Assembly (NCBI RefSeq): GCF_000281045.1
Contig: NW_008246084.1
Location: 529,769-571,465, forward strand
Source: Saprolegnia diclina VS20
Taxonomy: Eukaryota
Length of the DNA stretch: 41,697 bases
Direction of reading: 5' to 3'
Within the stretch, counting starts at the first letter, position 1, and the number at the start of each line of letters is the position of its first letter. Shown piece by piece: positions 37,325 to 41,697 of the stretch. Under the pieces are notes generated by a model that was not told where the DNA came from, did not search any database, and saw only the letters and a program-made list of their open reading frames with translations. The translations under genes and the position numbers were made by a program.

Positions 37325-37500
37325 GCGAAATAGCCCGTTGTGCCTTGTGTGATTGCGTCCCTGCTCGAACAGCAACGGGCGCATCGATTCCGTGGCGATC
37401 TTGGTTGAAAAATCGAACGGTTCTATTTCTCAGCCAAGCACAGCACTGGACCAGCCACGACGCTGCCGTTAGCATTTGGCACAGTTCAATTTGACTCAAG

Positions 37501-39143
37501 ATGCGCACCCCGGAAGCGACTGAGTTTCCAATGCAAGCAGCGCTGATCCCGGGCGGGTATGCGCCGCCGCTGCTGGTGCCGACGACGACCGACGCCATGG
37601 ATGCGATGTTTGCGACGCTGCGTCTCTCGTTCCACGCCGGACTCACGCGGCCGTTGGCAGCGCGCCGGAACCAGCTCCAGCAGCTCCGCTTGCTCCTCAC
37701 GGACGGTCTCAGGACGCTGCAAAACGCGCTGCTGGCGGATCTGCACCTGCACCCGAATGAAGTCTTTCTGACCCAAGTCGCAGCCTGCCTCAGCACAATC
37801 CAAGACCACCTTGACCACCTCGCTTCCTGGGTGGCGCCGCACCGCGTGAGCACCAACTTTTTCAACATGCCCGGGTCGTCGTACGTGTGCAAGGACCCAC
37901 TTGGTATTTGCTGCCTCGTGGGTACGTGGCGCAGCCCGATCGCGTCGATGCTCTTGCCGCTCGTGGCGTGCCTTGCCGCCGGCAACTGTGCCCTGCTGCG
38001 ACTGCCATTGGACGGCACCACCAACCACACGAACGCAGCTTTGGCGTTTCTCGTCGACAAGTACATGGACCCGAGTATCGTGCGCTTTGTCTCGGGCGGT
38101 CATGCGACGACCAGCGTGCTGCTCACGCATGCGATCGATCTGGTGCTGTGCGACGGCGGTACGTTGCCTTCTCTTCACTATCATTGCGATAGTCTTGCTA
38201 TCTCTAGTCGAAGTCTTGGAGCAGAGAATGATCGCCAAGGGCGCTGCCGAGACACTTACGCCCGTGGTAGGAGCCTTTCTTTTTCGTTCAGTCGAATGCT
38301 GATGCTAGTCAATGGGAATAGGTGCTTGGACGCGGCGGCAAGTCGCCCGCCATCGTGCACTCTGACGCGCACCTCGCGACAACCGCACCTCGGTTGGTCT
38401 GGGGCGCGTTCCTACACGCCGGACAGTGCCTCTCTCGACCCGACTACATCCTCGTCGACGCAACGATTGGCCCCAAGTTTGTCGCGGCCCTTCGCGACGC
38501 CATCGTCGACGCCTTTGGCGCTGTGCCCGAAGCCTCGGGCTTCTTCGGGCGCCTTGTCAACGACGCGCAGTTTGACCGCCTCGACCGACTCTTTGAAGCC
38601 GACCGGCCGTTCCTCGTGCATGGCGGCGCTTGCGACCGGGCTGAGCGCTTCTACGCGCCATCGGTGTTTGACTTTGCGGATGACACGCGGGCGTTTGAGA
38701 CGAGCGCGTGCATGCAAGAGGTCGGACCGATCGTCGGACCGCTGTTGCTTGTTGCCTACTACAACGACCTCGACCAGGTGCTCGCCCGTCTCCGAGCCTA
38801 CCCGACGCCGCGCGCCCTCTATCTGTTTACGCAGAGCCGCCACGTCAAGCAGCTCGTGGTGGCCAACGCGGTCGCTGGAGCCATGTGTGTCAACGACACG
38901 GTTGTGCAGGAGACGAGTCGCCATCTCCACCGCTTTGCAGCCATGTTTTCGCAAACCAAGTGCGTGTTGTACAAGTCGAGCTACTTTGACGTGGTCCAGC
39001 GCTACCCGCCGTACACGCCCACGCGCCAGCGGCTGCTGCGCGCCTCGCTGCGCCCCGTTCCGCGTATGACGTGGATTGTACTGTGGATCAGCGTCGCCGT
39101 AGTCGTGCTGGTGGTCGCTCTCGTGCTCGGCCTCGTGCTCTAA
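37501..39143 (+). CDS. ALDH3-like protein, copy 3: intact reading frame but catalytic residues lost (pseudoenzyme)
   Basis: Same intron positions as copy 2 (38159-38207, 38267-38321), no stops or frameshifts, TM tail kept. Changes: WNYP>WRSP, LELGGKSP>LGRGGKSP, NAGQTC>HAGQCL, and the PFGG..SG.G segment is missing. Confidence 0.85.
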
Positions 39144-39289
39144 GCTGCTAGGAAGCTAGGAAGCTATGTGCATTAACTCTACTTGCAAGGGCGCATTCAA
39201 CATGCACTTGTCGCGTGACGTTCTTGATACTGGTAGTGCTTTTTGACACGCCACCTCATCCTACGCAGTCCACAGCGGCCATGTCAACC

Positions 39290-39527
39290 GTTGCTGCGAA
39301 TGGAGGACGCCCAAGGTTGAGGAGGTTGGTGCTCACATACTTCGGTGCTGCCCACTCACTCGTTTCTGTAATCCAAATGCTTTTGGATTTGGAGAAGCGC
39401 AACGGACGTCTCGGTCGCGTGCTTGTGCATGTCGGCCTCTGAAGCTCTTTGGAGCAGCTCGAAACCCTCGGTGAGGAGCACGATCCGCGTTGCTTTGTGC
39501 GCGGTCAGCAGACGCCTCGCCGTTGCC
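39290..39527 (-). pseudogene. Inverted ALDH3 fragment derived from copy 2 exon 1
   Basis: The minus strand encodes LLTEGFELLQRASEADMHKHATETSVALLQIQKHLDY..E* and then, frameshifted, WAAPKYVSTNLLN. It matches copy 2 at the DNA level (CTCCTCACCGAGGGTTTCGAGCTGCTCCAAA identical) and carries deletions and a stop. Confidence 0.9.
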
Positions 39528-40613
39528 TTGGGCGTGAGCAGTAGTAGCGTCAGCTGGGCGGGGACGACGAGTTTTGCTCGCGGCAGAGCGACGAGGAATC
39601 GTTGAACACGCGTGCGGTTTAGGATACTTCCCACTACACCACAACAACTCTGCCCACGCAGCTCCAACTTTATATTGTTTTGCTGGACGCTTCATATTTG
39701 AATCACACACGACTTGGTAGACGGTAGCGAAAATGGCTCGGGATCATTAAATGAAATTTGCTATGGCTGATCGCTGCTGAGGCTCAGCAGCGATCAGATG
39801 CCAAGGTATTGGATGTGCACAGTTGTCAGTCAGCCTGCACCGTACCGGACTGCCGACGATACCAGCTCTAGAGTTGATGTGCGCTCGAAGGGCGTCTTGA
39901 AAGCCAAAAGAGCGAGGTCCGTGGGAATTGCCATTGTCTTTGCGGCGTCGCATCTTGGGCAGGTTTTTGTATACGGGCGAGTTGCGTCGGGTCCTGGTTC
40001 CCGCACCTCAGACCAAGAGCACACGCATCTCTGGGCGCTGATCACGGGGTGGCGACAGGCGCTCCGAATTCGATCAGCCAGCTCAAGGCGTCACTGCGGA
40101 TGCTCGCCTTGATGGCTTGCCTCGAGTCGTGCGCGTGGCGTTCTCTGTCGTTGAAAGGGTCAACGTCTCGAGTTTTGTTTTTGTGCGAGCGCTTACCATG
40201 TCGCCCAAGCTATGGCGCCTCCACATCTGCGTGTTGCTTCCTTCCAGCTCACGGCTTCTCCTGTCCGTTGGAGGTGGCTGGGCGGGGAGATTTTAACGCA
40301 GTGCAGTTGTAGTTGACACAACAAAATCGAGTTGACAACGTTCCCTCAAGCAAGGTGTCTTGACCACTTCACTTTTGTTTTTGATCGCCTGCCATCACAT
40401 CGCTTCAGCTTCTTTGCCCACCCAAACACGCACGCGGTCGTGCCGGCGGCTGCCACTGCCGCCCGCTACGACCGTGGCCACCCCGCGCATTGCTCGCATC
40501 GCGCAGGGTCGCACTGCCGGCCCCACCGGCCCGCCAGTCTCTCTAGCTGGTGACGTCTACGAACAGCGCCGACACGGGGCTGCACTTCCACGTGGTGAAG
40601 CTCCCGCTTCTTC

Positions 40614-41254
40614 ATGGTCGAGCTCGTTCACTTTGATCGCACGAGCGAAGACGTACAGTCGCGGCTCATGGAACTCTCGCTCGCGACCATTGTGTGGCAC
40701 CTCGCGTGGTGCACCATGGACAGCGGCGCGATCGTCGGGCGCATGGCCATGGCGGTGCAGCCGATGTGGACGCACGTCGTTCCCAGCTCGATTAGCACCG
40801 TGATGGCGCTCGTGCCCGCAGCGACGGGCAGCCATGCCGTGCGCGACCACGTCTGGATGCCCGTCGACAAGAAGTCGTTCGCCGTGCAGCTGTTCAACAC
40901 GACGGAAGGGCCGCTCGGGGACATCCGCGCTAACCCGAGCACGAACCGCCTCTACATCGTCTCGACGAACGACCAGGAGCCCACGTCATCGACGGCCGCG
41001 TCCAACTCGTCGGGGCCGAGCGGTTCTCGAAGCCTTTCATGAGCAACGCCGCTCACGGATCTCGTTCGCAGCGTCACCCAGCGCTGCCTCGACGACCCTA
41101 TGATGTCGAGCGGATGGCCCCGCGTCCCGCGCAACACCACGCCGTCGCCGCCGCGACGAGGTCGGACTCGGGGACACCCGGGCGCAGCGGGAAGAAGGCC
41201 AAGCGCAAGGCGACAACGGTTCTCCAAGACCCAAGGCGAACGGCAAGGTCTTGA
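40614..41254 (+). other. Coding-like region of unknown function, possibly a degraded gene
   Basis: ORF 40614-41042 has GC3-rich codons like the true genes and abuts ORF 41039-41254. No recognisable motif. Confidence 0.3.
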
Positions 41255-41487
41255 TCGAAGAGCTGAAGCATGCCTCTTCTCCAGTAGCTACCCGTCGCGA
41301 CCTTTATAGCGTTATTGATAACATAATGCTACTCATCAACTTTTGCAATCGATACCAAGCCTTTACCACTAGCCTTTACTTGCGTTCTGGTGGCCTAGTA
41401 CGGGAATGGGGACTCTTGCTTGGGATATGTTTTGTGTGCAAATACCATCCAAGCGCAGGGGTTGGTTCAGGATACCATTTCGTACCA

Positions 41488-41600
41488 TCTCTGCCACCGC
41501 TCCTACTTACGCCCATGGTGGCGGTGCGATGCGTTGATATACACCTCACTGAGGGTTTTGAGGTGCTCCATTTGGCTACCTGGGACATCTTGCATAAGCC
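41488..41600 (+). pseudogene. Highly decayed ALDH3 relic
   Basis: LPPLLLTPMVAV...HLTEGFEVLHLATWDILHKP aligns with LPLLKPMAAA...LLTEGFELLQTAIWADLHKH of copy 2, with a large internal deletion. Confidence 0.7.
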
Positions 41601-41697
41601 CAAGCATGAGGTGGTGCCCATTGCCTGGGACAGGCAAGTGAACGTGTGCACTCTTGACTCGTAGCTAATGCCGCCCCTCTGCCAACGATAACGCATC

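Noticed and set aside
39830..40045. CPRC-containing minus-strand ORF as a second LINE zinc-finger fragment
   Set aside because: It lacks the following E(T/S)xxH...C signature and I saw no TSD, so the evidence is insufficient.

Overview
Compact, GC-rich eukaryotic DNA with many very short (about 42-55 nt) GT-AG introns. Gene content and intron size suggest an oomycete, probably Saprolegniales (inference). About 20 genes were reconstructed by splicing the ORF track by eye: class-3 lipase (3' part), PRMT3, RAB3GAP2, METTL21-like methyltransferase, PRP31, 2OG-Fe(II) oxygenase, Obg GTPase, MAK-like kinase, a RanGAP with two complete tandem GAP modules, a CENP-B/pogo-like HTH protein without a DDE domain, a tail-anchored unknown protein, a C2+DUSP protein, BSD and CID proteins, an N-myristoylated TIR + 2x LamG/ConA-like protein, a UCP-like mitochondrial carrier and a tandem ALDH3 cluster. 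The cluster holds two canonical-looking copies, one intact ORF lacking the catalytic residues, two relics and a TSD-flanked truncated LINE. The strongest candidates for novelty are the membrane-tethered TIR-lectin protein (possible NADase immune sensor), the pseudo-ALDH and the double RanGAP. A 650-N assembly gap lies at 33102-33751. No rRNA, tRNA or CRISPR was seen.
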